A stretch of DNA of 32,000 nt from positions 420,001 to 452,000 of the forward strand of contig NC_002939.5 in the NCBI RefSeq assembly GCF_000007985.2. The letters run 5' to 3'. Source of the DNA: Geobacter sulfurreducens PCA. Lineage in GTDB: Bacteria > Desulfobacterota > Desulfuromonadia > Geobacterales > Geobacteraceae. The translations under genes and the position numbers were made by a program. The notes beneath the pieces were generated by a model. The model saw only the letters and a list, made by a program, of their open reading frames with translations. It made no database searches and was not told the origin of the DNA. This document shows, in pieces, positions 1 to 9,012 of the stretch (the first letter of the stretch is position 1; each line of letters starts with the position of its first letter).

Positions 1-112
1 ACGGTAACGCTGTTGTAATATTTTTCATAGGCATCAGGAGTGTAATGTGGTATGTCTCTTCCGTTTGGCAATTCAACCCGACGGTCGCCCGCCGGAACAG
101 CGGAGGTAGCAG

Positions 113-730
113 ATGTTCGGTCTCATTCCAAAGGAAGAGAAATTTTTTGCCATGTTCAAGGACATGGCGGCCAATATCGTGACGGGGGGGAAACTCCTCA
201 AGCAAATGCTCGACAGCTATGACGACCCCCAGGCGAGCCAGAAGAAGATCAAGGATGTGGAGCACGCGTGCGATGCCATCACCCATGACATCATCCAGAA
301 GCTCAACAAGAGCTTCGTCACCCCCTTCGACCGCGAGGACATCTATGCCCTGGCCGCGGCCCTGGATGACATTGTCGATCTCATCGACGCCTCGGCCCAG
401 CGTTTCATCATGTACAACGTGGAAAAGCCGACCCCTGAGGCCAAGGAACTGGCCTTTTTGATTCTCCAGGGCTGTCTGGCCATCGAAAAAGCGGTGTCGC
501 ACCTTGGCGAAAAGTTCGAGCACATCGCCGAGCATTGCGTTGAGGTGAACGCCTTGGAGAACGAGGCCGACCGCGTGTGCCGCGAAGCCATCAGCCGCCT
601 CTTCGACGAGGAGAAGGACCCGATCCAGCTCATCAAGTGGAAGGAGATCTACGAGACCCTGGAGCGGGCCACGGACAAATGCGAAGATGCCGCCAACATC
701 CTCGAAAGCGTGGTGGTGAAGAATGCTTGA
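113..730 (+). CDS. DUF47 / PhoU-related phosphate-transport accessory protein (TIGR00153-type)
   Basis: 205-aa ORF with GGAGG at 102-106, 6 nt before the ATG. The helical ~200-aa protein starting MFGLIPKEEKFF matches my memory of the DUF47 family. It overlaps the downstream PiT gene by 8 nt, the usual pairing for this family. Confidence 0.8.
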   Translation: MFGLIPKEEKFFAMFKDMAANIVTGGKLLKQMLDSYDDPQASQKKIKDVEHACDAITHDIIQKLNKSFVTPFDREDIYALAAALDDIVDLIDASAQRFIMYNVEKPTPEAKELAFLILQGCLAIEKAVSHLGEKFEHIAEHCVEVNALENEADRVCREAISRLFDEEKDPIQLIKWKEIYETLERATDKCEDAANILESVVVKNA

Positions 731-1724
731 CACTACGCTGATCATGCTCGTCCTGGTTATCGGGGCGGCACTTGCGTTCGACTACATCAACGGATTTCAC
801 GACACGGCCAATGCGATTGCCACCTGCGTTTCGACTCGGGCACTGTCGGTCCGGTCGGCCATTGTCATGGCGGCAGTGCTCAACTTTGCGGGAGCAATGA
901 TTTCGACCAAGGTGGCCGCCACGATCGGCAAGGGGATCGTGGACGCCGGCAACGTGACGCAGATGGTGGTGCTCGCCGGGGTCTTGGGTGCGATTATCTG
1001 GGACCTCGTCACGTGGTACTACGGGCTTCCCTCTTCGTCGTCACACGCCATCATCGGCGGAATCATGGGCGCGGTCATCGCCCACGCCGGCACGACGGCC
1101 CTCCATTGGGGCGGGCTGAAAAAGATCATCCTCTCGCTCATCCTTTCTCCTGTCATTGGAACGCTCCTCGGGTTCATCGTCATGGTGGTCATGCTCTGGA
1201 GCTTCAAGAGCACCTCGCCCCACTCCATAAACAAGCACTTCCGTCGTCTGCAAGTCCTTTCGGCCGCATTCATGGCCTTTTCCCACGGCACCGCCGACGC
1301 CCAGAAGTCCATGGGCGTCATCACCATGGCGCTGGTGAGTTATGGAACCCTCACCACCTTCGATGTTCCAACCTGGGTCAAGATTGCCTGTGCCGTGGCC
1401 ATGGGCCTCGGCACCGCGGCCGGCGGCTGGCGGATCATCAAGACCGTGGGGAAGGATTTCGTCAAGCTGCAGCCGGTCCATGGCTTCTGCGTCGAAACCG
1501 CTTCGGCCGGCGTCATCCTGGGGGCGTCCTCCATCGGCATGCCGGTCAGCACTACCCACGTCATCACCTCCACTATCCTCGGCGTGGGGCTCTCCAAGCG
1601 GATCACGGCCGTGAACTGGAACGTGGCCTACCGTATCCTCTGGGCCTGGGTCCTGACCATCCCCGCTTCGGCGATCATGTCCTATGTTTCATACATGGTT
1701 TTGAACCCGTTCCTCGGCAAATAA
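723..1724 (+). CDS. Inorganic phosphate transporter, PiT family
   Basis: 333-aa polytopic membrane ORF. It has the N-terminal NGFHDTANAIAT motif and a second-half HGTADAQKSMG repeat typical of PiT/PHO4 transporters. Translationally coupled to the DUF47 gene. Confidence 0.9.
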   Translation: MLDTTLIMLVLVIGAALAFDYINGFHDTANAIATCVSTRALSVRSAIVMAAVLNFAGAMISTKVAATIGKGIVDAGNVTQMVVLAGVLGAIIWDLVTWYYGLPSSSSHAIIGGIMGAVIAHAGTTALHWGGLKKIILSLILSPVIGTLLGFIVMVVMLWSFKSTSPHSINKHFRRLQVLSAAFMAFSHGTADAQKSMGVITMALVSYGTLTTFDVPTWVKIACAVAMGLGTAAGGWRIIKTVGKDFVKLQPVHGFCVETASAGVILGASSIGMPVSTTHVITSTILGVGLSKRITAVNWNVAYRILWAWVLTIPASAIMSYVSYMVLNPFLGK

Positions 1725-1728
1725 AAAG

Positions 1729-1750
1729 GGGGCGACCGGATGGTCGCCCC
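1729..1750. terminator. Bidirectional rho-independent terminator between convergent genes
   Basis: Perfect 9-bp GC stem GGGGCGACC (1729-1737), loop GGAT, GGTCGCCCC (1742-1750). Flanked by an A-run (1723-1727, a T-run for the minus strand) and TTCT on the + strand. Confidence 0.7.
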
Positions 1751-1776
1751 TTCTGCATTCCGCTGTCCCCGGTTTA

Positions 1777-2259
1777 TTACTCCAGTTCTTCCCCCACCTC
1801 TTCCATTTCCTCCGCCAGGGTCGCCAGGGTTTCATCCTTGCGACGAAAGCGAACCACCAGCCAGTAGCAGATGACATAGGCGACGACCGCCGCCACAAAG
1901 CCGATCACCGACGTGCCCAGCAGGAGCGATGTCGCGTGGGGTTTGAGGGCGTGCCAGTCGAGCCCGTGGAAGGAGAGCTCTGCGGGGGGGAGCCCCCGCA
2001 TGACCCGCCCCAGTTTGTAACTGATTGCCAGAACGGGAACAACCGTCAGCGGCGTGTTCACCCAGGCTCCGGTGATGCAGGTGAGTTTGTTGAGCCGGAA
2101 GATGAATGCTGCGGCAATGGCCATCAGTGTATGAAAGGCAAAGAACGGGGTGAAGCTGATGAAGACGCCCACGGCGAAACCCGCCGCAATGTGGCCCGGA
2201 TGGCTGTCCAGCGAGAGGATCGCCTTGATGTTCTTCTTCCACTTTTCCTTGTTGAGCAC
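1777..2259 (-). CDS. DUF2062 domain membrane protein
   Basis: 160-aa ORF with a GTG start preceded by GGGGGAGGG. The hydrophobic core HPGHIAAGFAVGVFISFTPFFAFHTLMAIAAAF..WVNTPLT resembles DUF2062 proteins as I remember them. Confidence 0.7.
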   Translation of the reverse strand: MLNKEKWKKNIKAILSLDSHPGHIAAGFAVGVFISFTPFFAFHTLMAIAAAFIFRLNKLTCITGAWVNTPLTVVPVLAISYKLGRVMRGLPPAELSFHGLDWHALKPHATSLLLGTSVIGFVAAVVAYVICYWLVVRFRRKDETLATLAEEMEEVGEELE

Positions 2260-2404
2260 GACGCCCTCCCCCTGGCAAGAATGCCAAGTCTAGGGTTTCG
2301 TTTCCGCCTTTGTCAATTCCTTTCCGGCGGCGCGTTACCTGAAGCGTTCCGTGGCGATTCAGAGAAAAATGAAAAAATCTTCAAGATCGGGTATACTTTT
2401 CCCG

Positions 2405-2433
2405 TTGACAATATACGGCATGACATATATATA
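2405..2433 (+). promoter_or_regulatory. Sigma-70-type promoter candidate for the efflux operon
   Basis: TTGACA at 2405-2410, a 17-nt spacer, then TATATA at 2428-2433. It lies in the only strongly AT-rich stretch of the 2260-2475 divergent intergenic region, about 45 nt upstream of the OMF start. Confidence 0.55.
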
Positions 2434-2475
2434 CAAAATTATATATTGCGTGGCTCTGCAGCCACGGGGAGGAAT

Positions 2476-3819
2476 GTGGTGAGGTCGCTTATCGTCGCCT
2501 TTTCGATGCTTGTTCTCAGTCCGCCGGTGCTGCTCGCCGCCGATCGGTCCGTCACGCTGCAGGAGGCCCTCCAGTCGGCTCTTGAGCGCAATCATCTGGT
2601 GAACGGCGCCCGCTTTGAGCGTGAGGCGGCCGAACGGGGGGCCGCCGCCAGCCGCAGCCGCTACTTCCCCCATATTTTCCTCGAAGAGGGTTTTGCCGCA
2701 TCGGACGCGCCGGACCGGGTCTTCATGATGAAGCTCGACCAAGGGCGATTCACCCTCGACGATTTCCAGCTCGAGAACCTGAACACTCCTTCGTCCTACC
2801 GGGACTTCCGGACCGCAGTTACCTTGGAGCAGCCCCTGTTCGACCTGGGCATAGGCTATGGTCGGGAGATGGCCGAAAAAGAGGCGGAGCGGGCCGGTTT
2901 CTCCCTTGCCCAGCGGAGGGAGGATGTGGGCTTGGCGGTCTACGCGGCATATCTCGATGTCCAGAAGGGGCGGGTGACCCTGGCCGCGACGGAGAAGGAG
3001 GTGGCCGAGGCCCGGGAGAGCCTGCGGGTGGCCCAGGCCCGCAGCCGTGAGGGTACCGCGCTTCGTTCCGACGAGTTGCGGGCGCGAACCTTTCTTTCCG
3101 AATCGGAACAGCGCACTATTACTGCCCTGAACGACCTGCGTCTGGCCCGGATGCGGCTTGCCCTGGCCACGGGGGAGGATGCCGGCGGATCCCTTGACAT
3201 CGCCGAAGAACTGATCAGTTCGCCGGTGCGGCTCTCTGAGGATGAGCTGGTACGGGAGGCTCTGGTCAATCGCAGCGATCTGAAAGGGGGCGAAAAGGAC
3301 GTGGAGCGGGCCGAGGCGGCGGCGGGGGCTGCGCGTAGCGCCTGGTTCCCCACAGTCTATGCCGGGGCGTCGTACCAGATGAACAACCGGGATGTCCCCT
3401 TCGGCCGGGACAACGACGCCTGGATGGCCGGCGTGAACCTCCGGTGGGAACTGTTCGACGGCCTGCGTCGCTCGCACGACCAGGCCAAAGCCGGTGCCGT
3501 CCGGCAGGCTGCGCTCCAGTACCTGGAGCAGCAGCGCAAGGAGGTGGTGCTCAGGGTTCGCGAGGCCGCCTTGCGCCGCGAAGAGGCCGGCAAGAGACTT
3601 GAGGTGGCCCGCCATGCTCTGCTGGCTGCCGACGAAGGGATGCGCATCGTGGCGAAGCGTTACGAAAACGGTCTTGCCACCATGGTGGAGCTGTTGGATG
3701 CGCAGTCTGCCCTGAACAGGAGCAGGACCGGCCTCGTGGAGCGGGAGAGCGAGTATCTGTTGGCCACGGCCCGCGTGTACCACGCGGCCGGACTATTTCT
3801 GAAGGAGACCGTGAAATGA
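2476..3819 (+). CDS. TolC-family outer membrane efflux protein (OMF)
   Basis: The listed ORF 1936-3819 is trimmed to the in-frame GTG at 2476 (or 2479), after GGGAGGA at 2467-2473. This gives a signal peptide (VVRSLIVAFSMLVLSPPVLLAADRS) followed by SVTLQEALQSALERNHLV, a typical OEP-family N-terminus. Helical repeats follow. The stop overlaps the next start (ATGA). Confidence 0.85.
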   Translation: MVRSLIVAFSMLVLSPPVLLAADRSVTLQEALQSALERNHLVNGARFEREAAERGAAASRSRYFPHIFLEEGFAASDAPDRVFMMKLDQGRFTLDDFQLENLNTPSSYRDFRTAVTLEQPLFDLGIGYGREMAEKEAERAGFSLAQRREDVGLAVYAAYLDVQKGRVTLAATEKEVAEARESLRVAQARSREGTALRSDELRARTFLSESEQRTITALNDLRLARMRLALATGEDAGGSLDIAEELISSPVRLSEDELVREALVNRSDLKGGEKDVERAEAAAGAARSAWFPTVYAGASYQMNNRDVPFGRDNDAWMAGVNLRWELFDGLRRSHDQAKAGAVRQAALQYLEQQRKEVVLRVREAALRREEAGKRLEVARHALLAADEGMRIVAKRYENGLATMVELLDAQSALNRSRTGLVERESEYLLATARVYHAAGLFLKETVK

Positions 3820-4928
3820 GGATGGGGAGAGGAGTGAGAGCGGCCTGTGGCGTCGTCCTCCTTGCTGCGGCCCTCACGGGCTGTGGCCATAAGGCGGATA
3901 AGGCGGAATCGAAGCAGCCCCCCGTCGTGACGGGAGTGACACTGATCCCGGCGGCCGGAGAGGCTATCCCGGACGGCGCAGAGGTGGTGGGGACGGTACG
4001 CGCCGCAGACGCCGCCGTCATTGCAGCCCGGCTTCCCGCCACCGTAACTGGCGTTCTCGTGCGGGAGGGGGACCGTGTGGGCAGGGGAAAGCTCCTGGTG
4101 ACCCTTGAGGCCGCCGAGAGTTCGGCCCAGGCGTCCGCTGCGGCCGCCCAGGTGGCCGAGGCGGAGCGGGCGCTGGACGAAGCCCGTGCCCGCAAACGGC
4201 TGGCCGACGCAACCTATGAGCGCTACGCCAACCTCTTCAAGGATGAGGCAGTGACCCGTCAAGAGATGGACAACCGTCGCGCCGACCGGGACGTGGCCGA
4301 GCAGGGTGTCGAGCGGGCAACTGCCCGTTTGATGGCGAGCAGGGAGAGTGCGCGGGCGGCCGGGGTCGTGGCGGGTTACACCCGCATCGTCTCGCCGCTT
4401 GCCGGGGTAGTGACCGCAAAGCAGGTGGAAAACGGTATGACCGTGTTTCCGGGTACGCCGCTGATGACTATCGAGGGTGACGGGGGGCGCCGACTTGAGG
4501 CGTCCGTTCCCGAATCCCTCGCCGGTCGGGTAAGACTTGGCCAGCGCGTGCCGGTGACCATTGACGGGGCCGGTCTCTCGCTGGAGGGCCGGGTGGTTGA
4601 GATCGTGCCCGCCGCCGACCCGGCGAGCAGAACCTTCACCGTCAAGGTTGATCTTGCCGGTGAAGGGATCCGGTCGGGCATGTTCGGCCGGGCCTTTATC
4701 GCTACCGGTCAACGGCAGGGGATTCTCGTGCCGAAGTCGGCGGTGATGGAACGGGGGGCTCTCTCCTCGGTCTGGACGCTGGACCAGGGGAATGTCGCCC
4801 GGCTGCGACTCGTGAAAACGGGAAAACCCTTGGGCGACCGGATCGAGATCCTTTCGGGCCTCACGGCCGGTGAGCGGGTCATCTCAGCCGGGCTGGAAAA
4901 GGTTGTTGAGGGGGCGAAAATCCAGTAA
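3816..4928 (+). CDS. Efflux RND periplasmic adaptor (membrane fusion protein), lipoprotein
   Basis: 370-aa ORF with a lipobox-like LAAALTGCG. It has a coiled-coil hairpin region and a beta-barrel C-terminal part (RLVKTGKPLGDRIEILSGLTAGERVI) typical of HlyD/MFP proteins. ATGA overlap with the OMF gene. Confidence 0.9.
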   Translation: MRMGRGVRAACGVVLLAAALTGCGHKADKAESKQPPVVTGVTLIPAAGEAIPDGAEVVGTVRAADAAVIAARLPATVTGVLVREGDRVGRGKLLVTLEAAESSAQASAAAAQVAEAERALDEARARKRLADATYERYANLFKDEAVTRQEMDNRRADRDVAEQGVERATARLMASRESARAAGVVAGYTRIVSPLAGVVTAKQVENGMTVFPGTPLMTIEGDGGRRLEASVPESLAGRVRLGQRVPVTIDGAGLSLEGRVVEIVPAADPASRTFTVKVDLAGEGIRSGMFGRAFIATGQRQGILVPKSAVMERGALSSVWTLDQGNVARLRLVKTGKPLGDRIEILSGLTAGERVISAGLEKVVEGAKIQ

Positions 4929-5000
4929 CGGGGATGCCCGCGGAAGAGGAGGCGCGGCAGCCCGTTGCTCCGCGCTCCGGCGCGGGGAGGCGCCGCCGCC

Positions 5001-5144
5001 ATGCACGACGACGGACGCGACCCTGAAAAAGACGAGACCAACGCTGTCTGCCCGTCCTGGCTGCTCTGGGTGCTGGCGGTCTGGCTGTTCATCATCTGTA
5101 TTGTCCTGGTCCTGCGACACGGGTGGACCTTTCCGGAGTTCTGA
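5001..5144 (+). CDS. Candidate small single-pass membrane protein (47 aa), not in the ORF track
   Basis: My translation is MHDDGRDPEKDETNAVCPSWLLWVLAVWLFIICIVLVLRHGWTFPEF*. GGGGAGG lies at 4984-4990. By my hand count about 37 of 46 third codon positions are G/C. The TGA at 5142-5144 ends 5 nt before the RND ATG at 5150. It explains most of an otherwise unexplained 221-nt gap inside a tightly coupled operon. Confidence 0.45.
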   Translation: MHDDGRDPEKDETNAVCPSWLLWVLAVWLFIICIVLVLRHGWTFPEF

Positions 5145-5149
5145 TCACC

Positions 5150-8100
5150 ATGGATACTCACCATCTCGGCTTTGCCGGCAAAATAGCCCGGGCGTTCATC
5201 GATTCCAAGCTGACGCCCCTCATCGTCATCGCCTCCCTGCTCCTGGGCGTCTACGCGGTCCTGGTCACCCCCCGCGAAGAGGAACCCCAGATCGTGGTGC
5301 CGATGGTGGACATCTACCTCCCCATGCCCGGCTCTACCCCCCAGGAAGTGGAGGAGCGGGTGGTCTCCCCCATCGAGCGGAAGATGTGGGAGTTGAACGG
5401 GGTGGAGTATGTCTATGCCATGAGCCGGCCGGGGATGGGACTTGTGACGGTCCGCTTCCTGGTGGGGGAGAACATGGAAGACTCCCTCGTGAAACTCTAT
5501 AACAAGCTCATGAGCAACCGAGGCCTCCTCCCCCCCGGCGCCGGCGAACCGCTCGTGGTGCCCAAGTCCATCGACGACGTGCCGATCCTTTCTCTCACCC
5601 TCTGGTCCGAGCGCTACGATGGGTTCATGCTCCGCCGCATAGCCCGGGAGATCTGCGACGAACTGAAAAAGGGCGAGAACGTGGCCGAGGCCGAGATCAA
5701 AGGGGGCCTCAACCGGACCCTTTCGGTCCGCCTGGACAGTGCACGCCTAGCTGCCTACAATCTTTCTCCCCTCCAGGTTGCCGCAGCCATCCATGCGGGC
5801 AATGCCTCGCTCCAATCCGGGGCCTTCGCCGCCGACAACCGTGAAACGATCGTGGAGACCGGTTCCTTCATCGCTGATGCGGACGATGCCCGCCGGCTCG
5901 TGGTGGGTGTCTTCAACGGTCGCCCCGTCTATCTGGCCGACGTGGCCACCGTTACCGACGGAGCACCTGAGCCGGCCAACTACGTCTTCTTCGGGCTGGG
6001 GCCGGCCGCGGGGACCAAGGGGATCAGCGGCAACCAGGCGGAAAACTACCCGGCAGTGACCATTGCCGTGGCCAAGCGCAAGGGGGCCAACGCCACCTGG
6101 GTAGCCGAGGATCTCCTCCATCGGGTGGAGGCCCTCAAGGGGAAGGTGATCCCCTCCGACGTGAAGGTTACAGTGACCCGCAACTACGGTGAGACCGCCC
6201 GGGAGAAGAATAACGAGTTGCTTTACCACATGTTTCTGGCGGCCATTTCGGTCACGATCCTTATCGCCGTCTTCATGGGGTGGCGGGCCGGTGCCGTGGC
6301 GGCCATCGCCATTCCAGTGACCCTGGCGTTGACCATGCTGGTCTTCAACCAGATCGGCTATACCCTGAACCGGATCACCCTTTTTGCCCTTATCTTCTCA
6401 ATCGGGATTCTGGTGGACGATGCCATCGTGGTGGTGGAGAACATCCACCGCTACTTCACCACGACCCGGTTCAAACCCCTGGAGGCGGCCATTCGGGCCG
6501 TGGACGAGATCGGCAACCCCACGGTGCTTGCCACCTTCGCTGTCATCGCCTCAATTCTGCCAATGGGGTTCGTGGGGGGGCTCATGGGTCCGTACATGCG
6601 GCCGATCCCGGTGGGCGCCAGCATGGCCATGCTCCTCTCCATGTTCATCGCCTTTATCGTGACCCCCTACTTCGCCTACCGCCTCATGAAGGGTGAGTCC
6701 CACTACGGCAGCGATGCCGCGGCAGAGGAGTCGAAGCTGACGGTCTTCTACCGGAAGGCTATGGGAGCGTTGCTGCACAACCGCCCCCTCCGGGCCGGGT
6801 TCATGATCGGGGTGGCGGTGCTGCTGGTAGCTTCGTGCTCACTCCTCTACTTCAAGCTCGTGACGGTGAAGATGCTGCCGTTCGACAACAAGAACGAACT
6901 CCAGGTGATCATCGACGCCCCCGAGGGGACCCCCCTGGAGGAGACGGCCCGCATGACCGCCGAGATGGGACAGGCGCTCCGTGGCATCCCCGAGGTGACC
7001 GACTTCCAGATGTACGTGGGGACCAGCGCTCCCTTCAACTTCAATGGTCTGGTGCGACACTACTACCTGCGCACCGGTTCCCACGTGGCCGACATCCAGG
7101 TGAACTTCGTCCACAAGAGCGAGCGCGCGGCCCAGTCCCACGACCTGGCGAAGCGAATACGACCGCTGCTCAAGGCGGTGGCCGACCGCCACGGTGCCCG
7201 GATCAAGGTGGCCGAGGTGCCGCCCGGCCCGCCGGTCCTCTCGACCCTGGTCACCGAGGTCTATGGGCCGGACCATGCCACGCGCCTGGACATAGCGCGT
7301 AAGATCAAGGCCATCTACGAGAAGGTGGACGGCGTGGTGGACACAGACTGGTACGTCGAGGACGACCAGCCGAAGGTTTCTTTTGCCGTGGATCGGGAAA
7401 AGGCCGCCCTGTCGGGGATATCCGTGGAAGATGTGTCCCGGACCCTGCGCATGGCGCTGGGTGGGGTCGACGCGGGGATCATGCATCTTCCGCGGGAAAA
7501 GGAGCCTGTGGCCATCAATGTGCGGCTCCCGGCTGCGCAGCGGAGTTCGGTGGAGGCCCTCTCCTCCATCTATGTGCCCGGTCCCCGGGGGAACATCCCC
7601 CTGTCCCAGCTCGTGCGGGTTTCCACCGGCGTCGAGGACCAGACCCTCTACCGCAAGAACCTCAAAAGCGTGGTCTACGTCACCGGCGACGTGGCAGGGG
7701 CCATCGAGGCGCCGGTCTATGCCATCCTGCAGATGCAGAAGGAGATCGACAAGATCCCCCTGCCCGGCGGCTACCGGATCGAGCAGCGGGCAGCCACCCA
7801 GCCCTGGAGCGAGGAGCGCCCCGGCATCAAGTGGGACGGCGAGTGGCACATTACCTACGAGGTCTTCCGGGACCTGGGGCTCGCCTTCGGCGCGGTGATG
7901 ATCCTTATCTATCTACTGGTGGTGGCCTGGTTCAAGGACTTCACCACGCCGCTGGTCATCATGGGACCGATTCCGCTCACTCTTATCGGCATCCTGCCGG
8001 GGCACGCCCTGTTCGGGGCGTTCTTCACGGCCACTAGCATGATCGGCTTCATTGCGCTGGCGGGTATCATTGTCCGCAACTCCATCATCCTGATCGATTT

Positions 8101-8383
8101 CGCCGAGATGAAACGGCGGGAGGGGCTCCCCCTCGATGAGGCCATCATCGAGGCCGGAGCGGTCAGGTTCCGGCCCATGCTCCTGACCGGAGCGGCCGTG
8201 GTGGTGGGAAGTTTTGTTATCGTCTTCGATCCCATTTTTCAGGGACTTGCCCTGGCGCTCATGTTCGGGGAAATCGCCTCCACTACCCTGTCGCGGGTGA
8301 CGATCCCGATCGTCTACTTCCTGGTGGAGCGCTGGAAGGAAAAACGGAGGGACTCGGATGTTCTGGTTGAAGAAAAAGGATAA
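5150..8383 (+). CDS. RND efflux permease (AcrB/CzcA superfamily)
   Basis: The listed ORF begins with GTG at 5123; the first ATG at 5150 gives MDTHHLGFAGKIARAFIDSKLTPL. About 1077 aa, with two large periplasmic loops and 12 predicted TM segments. The TM4-type proton-relay motif IGILVDDAIVVVENI is present. Confidence 0.95.
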   Translation: MDTHHLGFAGKIARAFIDSKLTPLIVIASLLLGVYAVLVTPREEEPQIVVPMVDIYLPMPGSTPQEVEERVVSPIERKMWELNGVEYVYAMSRPGMGLVTVRFLVGENMEDSLVKLYNKLMSNRGLLPPGAGEPLVVPKSIDDVPILSLTLWSERYDGFMLRRIAREICDELKKGENVAEAEIKGGLNRTLSVRLDSARLAAYNLSPLQVAAAIHAGNASLQSGAFAADNRETIVETGSFIADADDARRLVVGVFNGRPVYLADVATVTDGAPEPANYVFFGLGPAAGTKGISGNQAENYPAVTIAVAKRKGANATWVAEDLLHRVEALKGKVIPSDVKVTVTRNYGETAREKNNELLYHMFLAAISVTILIAVFMGWRAGAVAAIAIPVTLALTMLVFNQIGYTLNRITLFALIFSIGILVDDAIVVVENIHRYFTTTRFKPLEAAIRAVDEIGNPTVLATFAVIASILPMGFVGGLMGPYMRPIPVGASMAMLLSMFIAFIVTPYFAYRLMKGESHYGSDAAAEESKLTVFYRKAMGALLHNRPLRAGFMIGVAVLLVASCSLLYFKLVTVKMLPFDNKNELQVIIDAPEGTPLEETARMTAEMGQALRGIPEVTDFQMYVGTSAPFNFNGLVRHYYLRTGSHVADIQVNFVHKSERAAQSHDLAKRIRPLLKAVADRHGARIKVAEVPPGPPVLSTLVTEVYGPDHATRLDIARKIKAIYEKVDGVVDTDWYVEDDQPKVSFAVDREKAALSGISVEDVSRTLRMALGGVDAGIMHLPREKEPVAINVRLPAAQRSSVEALSSIYVPGPRGNIPLSQLVRVSTGVEDQTLYRKNLKSVVYVTGDVAGAIEAPVYAILQMQKEIDKIPLPGGYRIEQRAATQPWSEERPGIKWDGEWHITYEVFRDLGLAFGAVMILIYLLVVAWFKDFTTPLVIMGPIPLTLIGILPGHALFGAFFTATSMIGFIALAGIIVRNSIILIDFAEMKRREGLPLDEAIIEAGAVRFRPMLLTGAAVVVGSFVIVFDPIFQGLALALMFGEIASTTLSRVTIPIVYFLVERWKEKRRDSDVLVEEKG

Positions 8384-8786
8384 CGCACCGGCCGACTCGC
8401 TTGCCGAGCAGGTCGGGCTCGACGCGGAGGGCTTCTACCGCACGGGCAGGATGCACTGCGCCGAAGCGGTGCTCATGGCGATGCGCAACGCCTATTCGCC
8501 GGAAATGCCCCAGGATGTGGTCCGGGTGGCGGCCGGCTTCGGCGGCGGCTCCAATGCCGGTTGTCTGTGCGGAGCGGTTTCCGGGGGAACCATGGCCTTC
8601 GGGCTGGCGGTGAAGGAGGACAAGCGACGGGTGAACCGTCTCACCCGCCAACTCCATGACTGGTTCAAGCACGAATACGGCGCAACCTGCTGTCGCATCG
8701 CCACCAAAAACGCCAAGGGAAAGGGCGGCTGCGCGGTCCTTACCGGCGAAGTGGCCAAAAAGGCGGCGGAATTACTGGAAGAGTAA
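8358..8786 (+). CDS. C_GCAxxG_C_C family putative redox-active protein
   Basis: 142-aa ORF with GGAGGG at 8346-8351. Cys pattern is HCAEAV .. GCLCGAVSGG .. TCCRI .. GGCAV, as in Pfam C_GCAxxG_C_C. The start overlaps the RND stop by 26 nt. Confidence 0.8.
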   Translation: MFWLKKKDNAPADSLAEQVGLDAEGFYRTGRMHCAEAVLMAMRNAYSPEMPQDVVRVAAGFGGGSNAGCLCGAVSGGTMAFGLAVKEDKRRVNRLTRQLHDWFKHEYGATCCRIATKNAKGKGGCAVLTGEVAKKAAELLEE

Positions 8787-8799
8787 ACGGAGGATACCC

Positions 8800-9012
8800 A
8801 TGTACATCGACAGAATGCTCAGGATTATCGCCGGCGCATTCATCATGCTCTCCCTGGCGCTTGCCCACTTCCACAACCCCAACTGGCTCTGGTTCACCGC
8901 TTTTGTCGGGCTGAACCTCTTCCAGTCGGGTTTCACCAACTGGTGCCCCATGGTGTACTTCCTGGAAAAACTGGGGGTGCCGAAGTTTCCCAAGGGGTGC
9001 TGCGACAAATGA
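8800..9012 (+). CDS. DUF2892 (YgaP-like transmembrane hairpin) protein
   Basis: ORF 8656-9012 trimmed to the ATG at 8800, after ACGGAGGA at 8788-8795. The 70-aa product MYIDRMLRIIAGAFIMLSLALA..FVGLNLFQSGFTNWCPMVYFLEKLG matches the DUF2892 pattern. The C-terminus has a CC pair. Confidence 0.75.
   Translation: MYIDRMLRIIAGAFIMLSLALAHFHNPNWLWFTAFVGLNLFQSGFTNWCPMVYFLEKLGVPKFPKGCCDK

Noticed and set aside
10-28. Pho-box-like CTGTTGT-AATA-TTTTTCAT upstream of the DUF47/PiT pair.
   Set aside because: The second half-site matches only if the 11-bp periodicity is broken. It sits at the window edge without context.
1-29. CAT at 27-29 could be the start codon of a minus-strand gene leaving the window (MKNITTALP..).
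   Set aside because: Only nine codons are visible, so it cannot be supported.
1936-2475. 5' extensions of listed ORFs. Besides this one: 8656-8799, 8943-9008, 17010-17165, 19394-19489, 23987-24232, and the short ones at 5123, 12589, 14948 and 20410.
   Set aside because: The extensions overlap upstream genes or lack family-like sequence. Internal starts give proper RBS spacing, signal peptides or canonical N-termini, so I trimmed them. The exact starts remain predictions.
2359-3783. 474-aa minus-strand ORF antisense to the OMF gene. The same pattern occurs at 3660-4712, 6839-7849, 8772-9845 and 12535-13452.
   Set aside because: These are typical shadow ORFs of a GC-rich genome. The products are Arg/Gly/Pro/His-rich with no recognisable motifs, whereas the + strand frames encode clearly recognisable families with RBSs and translational coupling.
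4870-5502. 210-aa + strand ORF bridging the adaptor 3' end, the spacer and the RND 5' end in another frame.
   Set aside because: It is out of frame with two strongly supported genes. The product is Arg/Pro/Gly-rich and looks like a GC-driven artefact. The small ORF at 5001-5144 lies in a different frame and was evaluated separately.
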